Assembly (NCBI GenBank): GCA_904063045.1
Contig: CAJFCJ010000017.1
Span: 310,001-374,000 of the forward strand
Source of the DNA: Dimorphilus gyrociliatus
Lineage: Eukaryota > Animalia > Annelida
Length of the DNA: 64,000 nucleotides
Reading direction: 5' to 3'
The notes below the pieces were generated by a model. The model was not told the origin of the DNA. It saw only the letters and a program-made list of their open reading frames with translations, and did not search any database. This document shows positions 13,901 through 24,441 of this stretch, piece after piece. Both the position numbers and the translations under genes were made by a program. Positions within the stretch are counted from its first letter, which is position 1. Every line of letters begins with the position of its first letter.

Positions 13901-16103
13901 AAAATTATTAGATTCAACTGTAATTTTTGCTTGATTTTGTATATATAGTCCACTTCCATTCTTGTGATTTCTTATCATATTATCCACGAATGACAATACA
14001 ATTACATTTCCATTCAATAAAGTATTACCTTCTACATGTACACCATTTATAGCATTTTCTTCAATGTTACTTTCACTAATTGTTAAAGCTTGCCAAGAAC
14101 CATACATCATTAACCCGTAACGATTATGATTTATGACACACTTTCGTACATCGGTTAAATAGGAAGGATTATTTAAATTTATACCATAATTATCATTTTC
14201 CTCAAACCTGCTACCATTTATTATAATCGAATTTGTTGGTTTATCAGTTTTCAAGCCAATGCCATTTTGTGTAAATATCGAATTAGTAAGAATACTTAGA
14301 GTTGATTCTGAAATATCATTTATTAAATTCTTCAACTTGCCATTTAGAGTATGAATAATTGTATTGGTGTCACTAATTAGCGACTAATTTATACGTACTA
14401 GGCTCTACAGAATCAATTTCAATGTACAGTATTTTATTGGAGCTTACTCCTCTTAAATTTAAAATGATATATTCTTGACTAGATTCCAAATTAGCTGCTT
14501 CGAACGCTTCCCACGAATAACTTGCAGGACGATTCAAAAGGAATGGTGATGTTTCATCTTTACCATCTTTTATTGTTCCTTTAAACGAATAATCCCATTT
14601 AGAAAATTTCAATGAGAGAACTTGACCATCTTCCGCTTTGAATACCTTTAAATGATCAATTATCAATAAATGATTAACAATAAGAGATATTTTAAGTTAC
14701 AGTATTCTTTGGATATATACAATTGTTTCCAAGATAGTATAGTTTTGGATATGAAATATCTTCCGGTAAACATAAAGAGCATTTTATATCGCAAAGACTT
14801 GTCGGCGTTAAGTGTTCAGGAAGGACCCATTTTGCGGAAGATGTAATAGTAAGACCAGTCTCGTTATTTTCTACAAAAGTAAACAAGAAGAGCAGAGAAT
14901 AAACAATTATGCGTATAATTATTTCATTAAATACTTTCGGCAGTTATTTCATTCAAGCTGACTTTTTCATGTGAATCTATGATTAAACCATTCATTTCAT
15001 TGTTTCTAACTGATATTCTTTGTATGTTGAGTTCTTGTTCTGATTCCGTATTTCGTAAGTATAGAGCCGGATCGGAACTTTTCACATTCTCAGCCACGAT
15101 ATCCCTAAAAGCGATGTTGGGAATAAAACGAAATACATAAATAGGCCTATATTTTAAATATAAAATTGTCTATTTACTGATAGGAAAGAATAGTTGAATT
15201 TATAATGTGAACACCGACGCCGATGAGTTTGACATTATTAAAAGATGTTTGTTGAGAAGATCTGATAAGAATACCACTTTTTAGTCTAGGTCCATAACAT
15301 GTTAGTTTCATTGTTTGGTAATATCCACTTGCATCTAAATATAGATATTATTCATTACAAAGCTATTAAATGTGAATAACGAAGAAATGTTTTTTTGTAA
15401 AGAAATAGAGGGATAATAGGAATTTTCCTATATTTTCTTCTAACCTTCTAATTTACAATCCTTAATAGATTTAGCCGTTTGGTCACAAGTTACTTTGAAA
15501 CAGTTTTGTACTCTTTTACCTCTTGTAATAGCAGGTGCTATGTTCGTTTCGTAAAATCTTAGATATTTACAAGTTAACTAGAAAGAGAATGATATGCAAA
15601 TTGGTTCTTGTTTTTTTTTTTTAATATTAAACTTACACTTCTTAAATTTGAACTATCCTCTCTAGGTTCGAAACACACATCTTTGTATTGTCCATTTCTT
15701 GAGTCGAATATCATAGGCTCAAATGTACGACCTATATAAACATTATTTGTTTACCCTGCGACTTGGAAACTAGTTTGACTTTACCTTTTCCGCCTGCTTT
15801 TGAATTATTAAGAAATATAAAATCTTTATTTGAACTGAAATTGTCTTGACGAAAAATTATAGTCTGTTCCTTTACAGCTGAGATTAGCACAGGCTCCTCC
15901 TCTATTTCAATAAGACTGTCATCTTCTGCAAACGCAACATTAGCCCCAGAATTGACTATAATCCCTTTGGGTCTAACTGTTCCAGTAATTTTATGAGTAC
16001 CAGCTGATAATATCAGTGTCTTTCCATCGTAGCTTGAATCGATGTCCACAGTTTTCGCAACGAATATATTTATATATAGAATAAGTAGATAATGAAATAT
16101 CAT
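1997..16103 (-). CDS. Giant mosaic type-I membrane protein A (Bark/Anakonda-like beta-helix/SRCR/CUB units, MAM, C-type lectin, EGF, PSI, vWD, 10 EGF, 2 cadherin, TM); about 12 exons, est. ~4,400-4,500 aa
   Basis: ATG 16103 with signal peptide MIFHYLLILYINIFVAKT. Track ORFs 15732-16103, 14692-14886, 14373-14666, 12050-14335, 9504-11921, 6308-9127 and 1997-6199 join via GT-AG introns (phase-checked e.g. at 15732-15784, 9482-9537, 6263-6316). Motifs: MAM CNFEENTCEW; CLECT-like CVLGWKFIRGSCY...KPWIC; PSI CVQCTKAEGCGWC; vWD WGDPHLATLDG...SGICGYFNDD; cadherin AKDTD/SDNG/LDINDC; TM IAIGLGAGLGVFIITTIILIAILIV, then KFR-stop. Confidence 0.85.
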
Positions 16104-16871
16104 TTCCCAACTATTCGTTTCAAATACAGCCTTATCTCTTTACTTTTCTGTTAGAAATGAAAATTTATTGTTGAAATTTGTAATACTATTCACTATTGTC
16201 CTGCAGACGGCGCTTCTAAAAGTCCTACTTATTCGATGGGCCATCGAAATTGAAATGAAATATAGGAAAATGTTGTCTGGAAAATAGATATTTACCTTGT
16301 TTTCAACAAGGAATTCCTTTATATAGGTTTCGTTTGCCCCTTGTTTGTCTTTATTTCGGTTTTTTATTCAAATTTGCAATTTGTCGCTACAACTAACTTT
16401 TCGTTAATTACGATCGTCTGCCTATAGATAGTCTATATATAATTCAAATAAAGGGGATTTTCTTTTATGAGTCATGAGGAAATCCTGCTTTCTTCTCAAT
16501 AGAAGAGTAATGTCTTTTCACATACTTGTTATTATGCTATATTTTTAAACAACACAGCAGTTTTTTTTCTTTTTTTACTATTACTAAGTACTTTTTAGTA
16601 CTATTCAGTACCAAGCTGTGTCCTGATCTTCTTCCGTGATCTAAAAATAGATTAAAAAGAAAACGATTCCCTCGGTGACATATTTTCAATCGTGTAGAAA
16701 ATTGAACGACGCAGTTTTTCCAAGAATTTCATACTATTTAACTAGTTGCAAATGTGAACGACTTAACGATAATAGTTATCCAAGCAATAAATAAAAAAGT
16801 CTTTTCTCGAAGCCTATGAGTTTAAATTCTATAGTTTCATTTTACATTTAAGGAGAGTTTATTATATAAGT

Positions 16872-17250
16872 TTTTTGGTGATATTTCTCACGTTAATACT
16901 CTTCTACGATTTTCAATTTCACCATTATCTACTTCCGTTGGAACACATTCACAAGACAACTCTACAGTTTCCTCTTCCAAATCCTTAAAGATGTCTTCTG
17001 TTGTATTTCTAATTTGTCTATACGACAACAATTCCCTCACCGATCTGGGATTTTTGATTCTATCGTTTGTTTCCATGACATTTAACAAAGTACTCTTTCC
17101 ACTTATAACTACTTTAGTTATACTATTAACAATACATTTTTTTCCATTTCACTCCTTCTTTAAGAAATCAAAAGCTGATTCATTACATTTCGACAATTTC
17201 TAAAAACTTTATCGAAGATATTTTGTTGGACTGCAAATAAAATATTTTTA
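16872..17250 (-). pseudogene. Internally deleted relic of the neighbouring atlastin/GBP-like GTPase
   Basis: 16872-17075 matches ~290-488 and 17081-17250 matches ~1537-1710. An in-frame TGA precedes a degenerate P-loop (KKE*NGKKCIVNSITKVVISGKSTLL). Confidence 0.85.
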
Positions 17251-17479
17251 AATTGCAACTTTCACATGACAATCAATGTATTTGAAAACATTATATTTCG
17301 TAATTGTTTAAACCATATATCTCTTGAAACGTAGGATTATTATTGAGTATACGACAGCATTAGAACTATAACAACAGAGCTATCGACCAAAAATATAATT
17401 TTATAATTATTAATTTTATTCATAAATCCTTGTAATATTTATCATTAATAACACAAAATAACGCATCTGGTCTTTAATA

Positions 17480-17648
17480 ACACTGATAATAAATTTAACG
17501 AAACTTTACAACTAATATTATGATTATAATGATTATTTATTACTACAAAAACAACTTATTAAACATTAAAATCATTTCCTATATACTCTTATGTCTCGAA
17601 ATCATCTTCATTTACTATCTTTGATATTGTAATATTTCGATATTCAGC
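17480..17648 (-). pseudogene. Degenerate copy of the stalk/TM/stop end of gene A
   Basis: aataataaatttaacgaaactttacaact matches 1987-2015, and ctatatactcttatgtctcg...tatctttgatattgtaatattt matches ~2080-2180 with an internal gap. Confidence 0.65.
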
Positions 17649-18335
17649 AATTTTACAATGAATATTGCGATTAGAATGATTGTTATTATTATAAACACAC
17701 CTAATCCAACTCCCAAACCTATTGTTGTATACCTATATTTATTAGAGTCCTCGCTATCTTCCTTTGTTGATTTAGTTGACTTTCGTAATTCAACCGTTGT
17801 TATTATCTTTGATGTTGTAATATTTTCATATTCAGAAGAAGAATCTTTGTTGAATGTCACTTCTGTATACATCTGCGACCGTGCGACTGTTATCTTCTCT
17901 GTCTCTGGTTCTCTTTTATTTGTTGTTATATCAATTTTCTTTGTTTCTAACACATCAGTTGTCACATCTTTTAAAGAGGTTGTTTCATATAGGTTAAAAC
18001 TTCTTCTTTACACTTCATAATAGATTCAGTCGTTTGGCCTCCAGGCACTTGGAAACAGTTTAGTACGCTATTGCCTCTTGTAATAGTAGGTCGTAGGCTC
18101 ATTTCGTGTAATCCTAGATCAGTTTCTTGAATTATAATGATACTTTCGATGTTCGAAACACATATCTTTGTATTGTCCATTTCTTGAGTCGAATATCAGA
18201 GGCTCAATACGTTATATATTATTATTTGCTATTTAGAAGCTGGCTTGACTTTACACATTCCGTCTTGTCGATTAACTTTTTTTTTTGATAATTGTAATAC
18301 TATTTATAGTTGTTTCGCAGACGGCGTTTCTTCCT
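17649..18335 (-). pseudogene. Collapsed copy of gene A: upstream motif and exons 2-3 fused directly to the stalk/TM exon
   Basis: 17649-17995 matches ~2004-2350 (TTDVLETKK...TM). 18000-18120 matches exon 3 (~15440-15570). 18150-18255 matches exon 2/intron 1 (~15665-15790). gcagacggcg at ~18317 matches ~16202. The fusion is out of frame. Confidence 0.8.
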
Positions 18336-18587
18336 CTTAATTTCGTCCTCTTTTTCATTGTTTTAACAATTGATTATTTAGAAAATGATTCCTATAAAAA
18401 TACATTTCAAATTCGGTAATTGAACAAACTTCAAATATTTTGTTATTGTTGAAAAAAGGAAAGAAATCTCCCATTGATGGCGTTTTAACCGAGATGAGTT
18501 TTTAAAGTCTATTTTCTATACAAAAATCCTTCAGGTATTTAATTTATTAATCATTCAAAAAAACATTTCTTTTTCTTTATGACAAAC

Positions 18588-20880
18588 TTAATGAATCCAA
18601 CGACCTCTCATTATTGCAACAAGAACTATAGAAATTGTTATTATTTCGAAACACAACGACCATTTCGGTAACAATCTGATACTTTATCGCAAAGAGGTAC
18701 ATCACATGACTCTCCAGACCAGAACTCGTCGCAAATACATTTATTAAACGATTCGCATCTGCCATGTTTCGAACAGTACGACAACTCTTCGCATGAAAAT
18801 TCTGTACAAACTTTCCCAGAATATCCTTTCTTGCACTCACATTTGTTTGGAAAAGCACATTCGCCGTTAGATGAACATTGCGGATCACAGATCGGTATAG
18901 CGCATGTCCTACCAGCATTTCCATCATCGCAGATACATTCTGTTGCATTTTTACATACATTACATTCCTCTCCCGTTACAATTATCCATTAGAGGACATT
19001 CTTTTAAGATTCCACAATCATCTCCGCTATAGCCATCTTCGCATGTACAAACTCCAGGTTCGGTGCATTTACCGTGACCACTGCAATCATTTTTACAGAT
19101 AGGCTTAGAACAACTTAGACCAGTCCATTCTTTGAAACAAAGGCATTGATCGAAAGCAATACAAATTCCATGTTGAGAACATTCGCCTCTTACCTCACAA
19201 CTGAATGTGGCGCAATTTGTTCCATTGTAACCAATCTCACATTTACAAATGTCGTGGTCAATGCATATCCCATGATCTGAACAACCTTCACTGCAAACAG
19301 CCTCTTCTGAGCAATTTTTTGATGTCCATCCTTCATCGCATTTACAAACATCTGATTTAACGCATTCTCCTTTTGATGAGCAATTGCCTTCGCATATGGC
19401 TGCTGTTTCACAAGTCGGTCCTTGGAAGCCAGGAACACATTCGCAAAAGCCAGCCGAACAGTTTCCATTAACACACTTTCCACATTCGCCAATTTCACAT
19501 GATTCCCCAGACCAGCTTTGTATACAAACACACTTTCCTCCAACACAGTTTCCTCTATTGGAACACTTCTCCGGACATTCATTGGCTTTCAGTACAGCTT
19601 GATTTCGTACGTTTGGATCATTCGTAGTCACAACATCGTAGATACATTGATCAATCTCCTCCTTTGATAATCGGTCAGATGTACACACTTCTTTCGCAGT
19701 ATTAATGTCGGATTGCGTAAATCCATTCAGTGAATAAAGAGGCTTGTGCGTTGGATCAATATACGATTTATCCATTGAGTTTTTCTCGTGAAAGTTCGAT
19801 TCAGGATCAGACCAAGAATTAGGCAGTCCACCTCCATTTCTAATAGTCCGCTTCATTTTCCAAGATTCTACAAATTGTACGGGATAAGTGTAATTTTTAC
19901 CATCTGGACCCATAAGATCGTCCGAATCGCCATCGTTGAAATATCCACAAATGCCAGATGTCTTATTGATCATCTCATTTATTGGCGTTGTAATTAGAGT
20001 CAAGTATTGTCTTTTCATCTTGGAGCTGTATAATGCTACAATCGATAAACTAGCTCCATTTGAGAATTTTAAGGACACGAATAGAATGGTCGGATCATCT
20101 TCGGAGATTTCCTTCGCACGCAGGGAAATATCTAATCGAAGACTATCATTATGAAATTTGAATTTGTTCTCAGTGTTCAAATTGGACAATTCATTTCCAT
20201 TAAGACGAAGAACAGGTAGATCTGTTAGTGTTGATGGAAATTTCGTGTTGATCGTTAAAACTGATGTATTGCCGAGTTTCAATGCAATCGCACCAATAAA
20301 TGATGTTCTCTTAAAAGCAAAGAATCGAAACTGATAAGCTAAAAATGGTGATCGACAACACCAGAATTGTCCGATTCCGAAGAAATCGAAAGATCTACCA
20401 TCCAACATTGCTAAATGAGGATCTCCCCAGTTCCTTCTAGGCAATCTTTTTCGCAAGAACGGCCATCCCATTCTCTATTACATTCGCATCTTGATCTACA
20501 GTCGACTGCTGCTACACAAAATCCGTTTCGACTGCAACGAGAATCTGGTGGGCATGCCGGTTGATCGCAATTCGATCCGGTTCTCTGTGACGTACAAACG
20601 CCATTAACACCACATTCATTTTCACAGGGACAAGTTCCATCAGGCTTTCTAACTACAATTCTGCCATCAACACACGGTTCGCACGGTTCGCAGCGTCATC
20701 CTTCTGGGCCGATTATCGATTGCGTTCCATCCGGAAGATAGTAGCCTCTTGTTTGAAACAAATCCCAGAGCTGGTAAAGCAGTCCTACCCACTACATCGT
20801 TTTCTCTAAGAGATTTATCGTTAGTCTCGCCTATCCAAATAAATAAGACTGCAAACGCTATCCGCACTCTTACATTCAAG
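18588..20880 (-). pseudogene. Copy B of the giant receptor: vWD-EGF fragment with two large deletions and frameshifts
   Basis: High nucleotide identity to ~3076-5161 and ~6475-6630. 1-bp deletion at ~20446-20450 (ttttt vs tttgtt at 4876-4881). 7-bp insertion (acattac) at ~18957. EGF region joined directly to a TM end reading ...RGRWIH*. Confidence 0.85.
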
Positions 20881-21330
20881 ATTATCAGTTTAGATTTAAC
20901 AGAGGTAATTTCATATGTAATATAATCTTGATAAAGGTTATATTATTTTTTTGAATACATGTTTTTTCATTTTGTGAAAAAATCCAAAATAGTTGAAAAA
21001 TATTTTTCAGCCATTTTGAATAATTGTTATTATACCTTTCCAATACTATTCTTCTTTTAGAGATATGTTTCATAATATTATATTTTATTTACTTATTAAT
21101 TATTGTTAATATTTGCAGTATAGTATAAAGAATCATTGATAAAACATGTGCAGTTAAATGTAAGAATTGCAAGCTATTTTTAGCACAATCACATTCTAAG
21201 GTGTCAGTTTGTCTGGATTGGGAAAAAAGAATCTTCTTTTTTTTTTTTCTTTTCCTTATGTGTTAATCTTTTATCATTTTCTTAGTATTATATATACTTT
21301 ACTTTAGTATTAATAAAAAAAAGTCTAGAA

Positions 21331-21428
21331 TTTCATGGGTTCGGTTTCACCAAAAAGGGGTACGATTTCACACAGATACGGTTTCATCTGGGTACGGTGT
21401 CACCGGTATGGTTACGTTTTCACCCCTA
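21331..21428 (-). mobile_element. Solo terminus of an Ac/hAT-like DNA transposon (TIR plus subterminal repeats)
   Basis: Minus strand begins TAGGGGTGAAA (21428-21418), 10/11 identical to the maize Ac TIR TAGGGATGAAA. Five degenerate copies of TGAAACCGTACCC follow. I found no partner TIR or TSD nearby. Confidence 0.6.
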
Positions 21429-22882
21429 TTCAGTTCAGAACTAGACTTTCCACATATCCATGGTTTCAAGATTGATAATTGAGAAGGGCTATTTGTGAAC
21501 CAAATATCGCTCACTTTTGTATTTCCGTCAACATCTGTATATCTTAGTAAATCCGTCAGTCTATCGACAGCTCGAAGAGCTTCTTCTGTTAGAAGAAAAG
21601 CCGAATTCTTCTTACACCATATTTCAGCTTCCGCTTTTGAACCAGCTCCAACGTGAAAGTGATAACAGGATCCTCGAATAAATTTCCAACCAAGAACACA
21701 ACTTCCAGATGTTGCTAAGCTGAGAGGTTCACTTTGCAGAATTGGTACAAACTGAAGTATTGGAGATCCCTCAAGTGATTTACCATCTTTAATTCTCTTT
21801 CCAAGTTTGTCAATATCCAAACTTCCCCACCAATTATATTGACAGTTACCACTTTGAAAGTCAGCATTTTGTAGACTGTAAGCCACCTCGTATGGTGTTT
21901 GAGGATTATTTAATATATTGTTATTGATGTACAAATTTCTGCTGACAGATGTAATCACAGCATCATTTCCTTCGTCTGGATCTTTTTTGTTAAAAATGAA
22001 CGTATTCAGCGATATATTAGTATTCGAACTGTTGGAATTGACGTATAGTAGGTTACCCTGGGCGGTATTATTATACAGAAGATTATTTGTGAAACTGATA
22101 TCAGCATTTTCAATGTAGATCAAGTAATCACGTGATTTGGAATGTTGAATATTACATTTATCAAAGGTAACGGTAGCATTATTAATTCCATAGTTGTTCA
22201 TTCGAAGAAGACTGCTTTCGTATAAATTAGTAATAGAGTTTTGAGTAAACACCAAATTGGAGATTCTCGATTCAAAAGTTGAATTGAAATGAACTTGAAT
22301 TACATGTGAATTGTTCAAGTTAGGAATATTCAAATTTCTGACGAGAACATAGGCACTATGAAGATCTATGTTTATCAAACTGGACGATTCGATGATGGGA
22401 TGATTTTGATTAAATGTTAACCTTTCCAACCAAACGCTGTTGTGTATTTCGCTATTTCTATTATGAATATCTAGGCATCCTGTTTGGCAATTTTCAAAAC
22501 TTGTATCAGTAACTTTCAACTCAGTAGCTTCTCTCTCAAATGGACATGTTTCATAATCCGTATGGTCAATACCAATGTAAGATTGACAATTATCCTGAAT
22601 CGATCCGTAGAGAGCAATTCGAAATTTCTTTCCTTTTAATTTCTTCAAAGATATTCTAAAATCCTTCCAGTCTTTTTCTAAATTTAGCCTGTCTAAAAAG
22701 ATTAATCGATCGTCCAAGTCAGCATAGACTCTTATAGTTTCATCTTGTGAGAAATACTTTGAATTTTTGTATGCCGCTATCTTGAAAAAGCATAAATTAT
22801 CTGTTGGCTTGACAGTTGCACCAAAGGCATTATTGATTATTATTAATTGATTATTCAAAATATGATTCCTATAATAATACAT
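21368..22882 (-). pseudogene. Copy C: truncated but uninterrupted 504-codon paralog fragment (MAM C-part, beta-helix, C-type lectin-like)
   Basis: 21437-22830 aligns to ~7847-9240 of gene A with no stop or frameshift. The N-terminus (MYYYRNHILNNQ) comes from non-homologous flank and the C-terminus (LNRGENVTIPVTPYPDETVSV*) from the hAT-like end. Functional status unknown. Confidence 0.65.
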
Positions 22883-23008
22883 TTCAAATTTCGAAATTGA
22901 ACAAACTTTAACAGTTCTGTTTTTGTTGAAAAAACCCTTTACATTATCTTGCGGTATATTTCAGTTGTAAGAAAGATATCTCCCATTGATTGCTTTTTAA
23001 CCAAGATG

Positions 23009-23462
23009 GGGGACTTATCTTCACGCAGACAGGAGAAGAAGCTGTATAGTTCTGTTTATTTTTTTGGTCTAAGAGTACAAAGGAACTTATACTTAAAAAC
23101 ATACTTTAGAAAAGCTCATAATCTTTAGCCAAGTTCTATTCATTTAACTTTTTTGAAAACAAGACATTTGAATACTAGACTTTGTGACATCCTGCTACTA
23201 TAGACAACAGACAATTCTCCATCTATTGATTGATAATTAGATGTTAAATCATCATTGCAGAATTGATGAAAGAAGCAAACTTAATTATCGCTTATAAGAA
23301 ACTATTAAGTCAAAGAAAGATATGTAGACAACAAAGGGAGACCAATCAGAACATTCTGAGTCAGATTTCTGTGGGAGATGTTGTGAACAGTTTCGCCTCA
23401 GCTGTGGGCGTTTTTTCCTGAACTCTTACCGGATAATTCTAACAATTGTCAAACAGATTTGC
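23009..23462. other. ~450-bp insertion of unknown origin within a duplicated 3' flank
   Basis: Flank 22845-23008 plus 23463-23620 aligns to 18365-18650, where this segment is absent. Confidence 0.6.
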
Positions 23463-23553
23463 GTTTTTAAAGTTCATTTTTTATAAAAAAATCCTTCAAA
23501 TATTTAATTCATTAATCATTCAAAAAAAACATTTCTCTTTCTTTATGGCAAAC

Positions 23554-23900
23554 TTAATGAATCCAACGACCTCTCATTATTGCAACAAGAACTATAGAAA
23601 TTGTTATTATTACAAGAAGACCCAATCCAACTCCCAAGCCTATTGTTGTATACATATATTTCTCAGAGTCCTCGCTATCTTCCTTTGTACGTTCACTTGA
23701 CTTTTGCAACTCAACTGTTGTTGTAATCTTTGATGTTGTAATATTTTCATATTCAGAAGATGGATATTTCCTGAATAAGTAGAAAATGAAATACCATTAT
23801 TAGATAAAATGATATTTGTCCTTGTTTTGTTGTTGTTCCCCAATTAAATCGCAATATCGCTACAACTAGCTTCACTAAACGAAAGTAGAGTAGTCTGCCG
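23554..23900 (-). pseudogene. Extreme collapsed copy: promoter and start codon fused to the stalk/TM/stop end
   Basis: ATG at 23797 reads MVFHFLLIQEISIF* (gene A: MIFHYLLILYINIF). It is joined out of frame to SSEYENITTSKITTTVELQ...IGLGVGLGLLVIITISIVLVAIMRGRWIH*. tcgctacaacta at ~23856 matches gene A upstream ~16384. Confidence 0.8.
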
Positions 23901-24375
23901 TTTAAATAGAATATGGCAATGATTAATATAAAAATTTTCTATATTAATCCTGAAAAACCATTGTACTTCTCTTGCTGGCAAAATCTACGCATTTGCAAGT
24001 TATAACAATACTGGTTCTACGCGAACCTTTAAACAAATGTTTAAATTAAAACGGTTTATTCGCAATAATAATACTTAAGCAAGTAACAATATGAGAGTTT
24101 GATAGCAGAGTAGATAGTTCGTAAAAGCAGGTTGCCAAATTGCCAAACTGTCTTCCAATGTTGAGGAGTAGATAGATGGTTCCAGTGGAGGTTGTTTCCA
24201 GATGATTTTCCCAGGTCCTTGGGTCCAGATGGAAGCTGCATGCCAAATGAGAATAGTGAGGATTTATATACTTTGAGGTTTGCCTCTGACATCCAATCAT
24301 CACTTTACAGTTGCCGAAATGTGTAGTTCATATTTATCTTTAGTAACAGGATGTTACAAGGTTGAACATTTAGGA

Positions 24376-24441
24376 AGGTTAATTGAATTATAACTTGGCC
24401 ACACCCTAGGCAAGTTAATTAAATTATAACTTGGCCAAACC
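24376..24441. repeat. Two-copy tandem repeat, period ~36 bp
   Basis: aggttaattgaattataacttggccacacc followed by aagttaattaaattataacttggccaaacc. Confidence 0.7.

Noticed and set aside
9504-14666. Treating the large track ORFs as separate (bacteria-like operon) genes
   Set aside because: They begin at TTG/GTG, end just after GT donors and join in phase through short introns into one gene.
21135-21230. CAVKCKNCKLFL stretch as a BED zinc finger of the hAT element
   Set aside because: It lacks the downstream His/Cys ligands and is too short to support.
24046-24303. Short ORFs between the last relic and gene D
   Set aside because: No motifs and no homology within the window; cannot be assigned.
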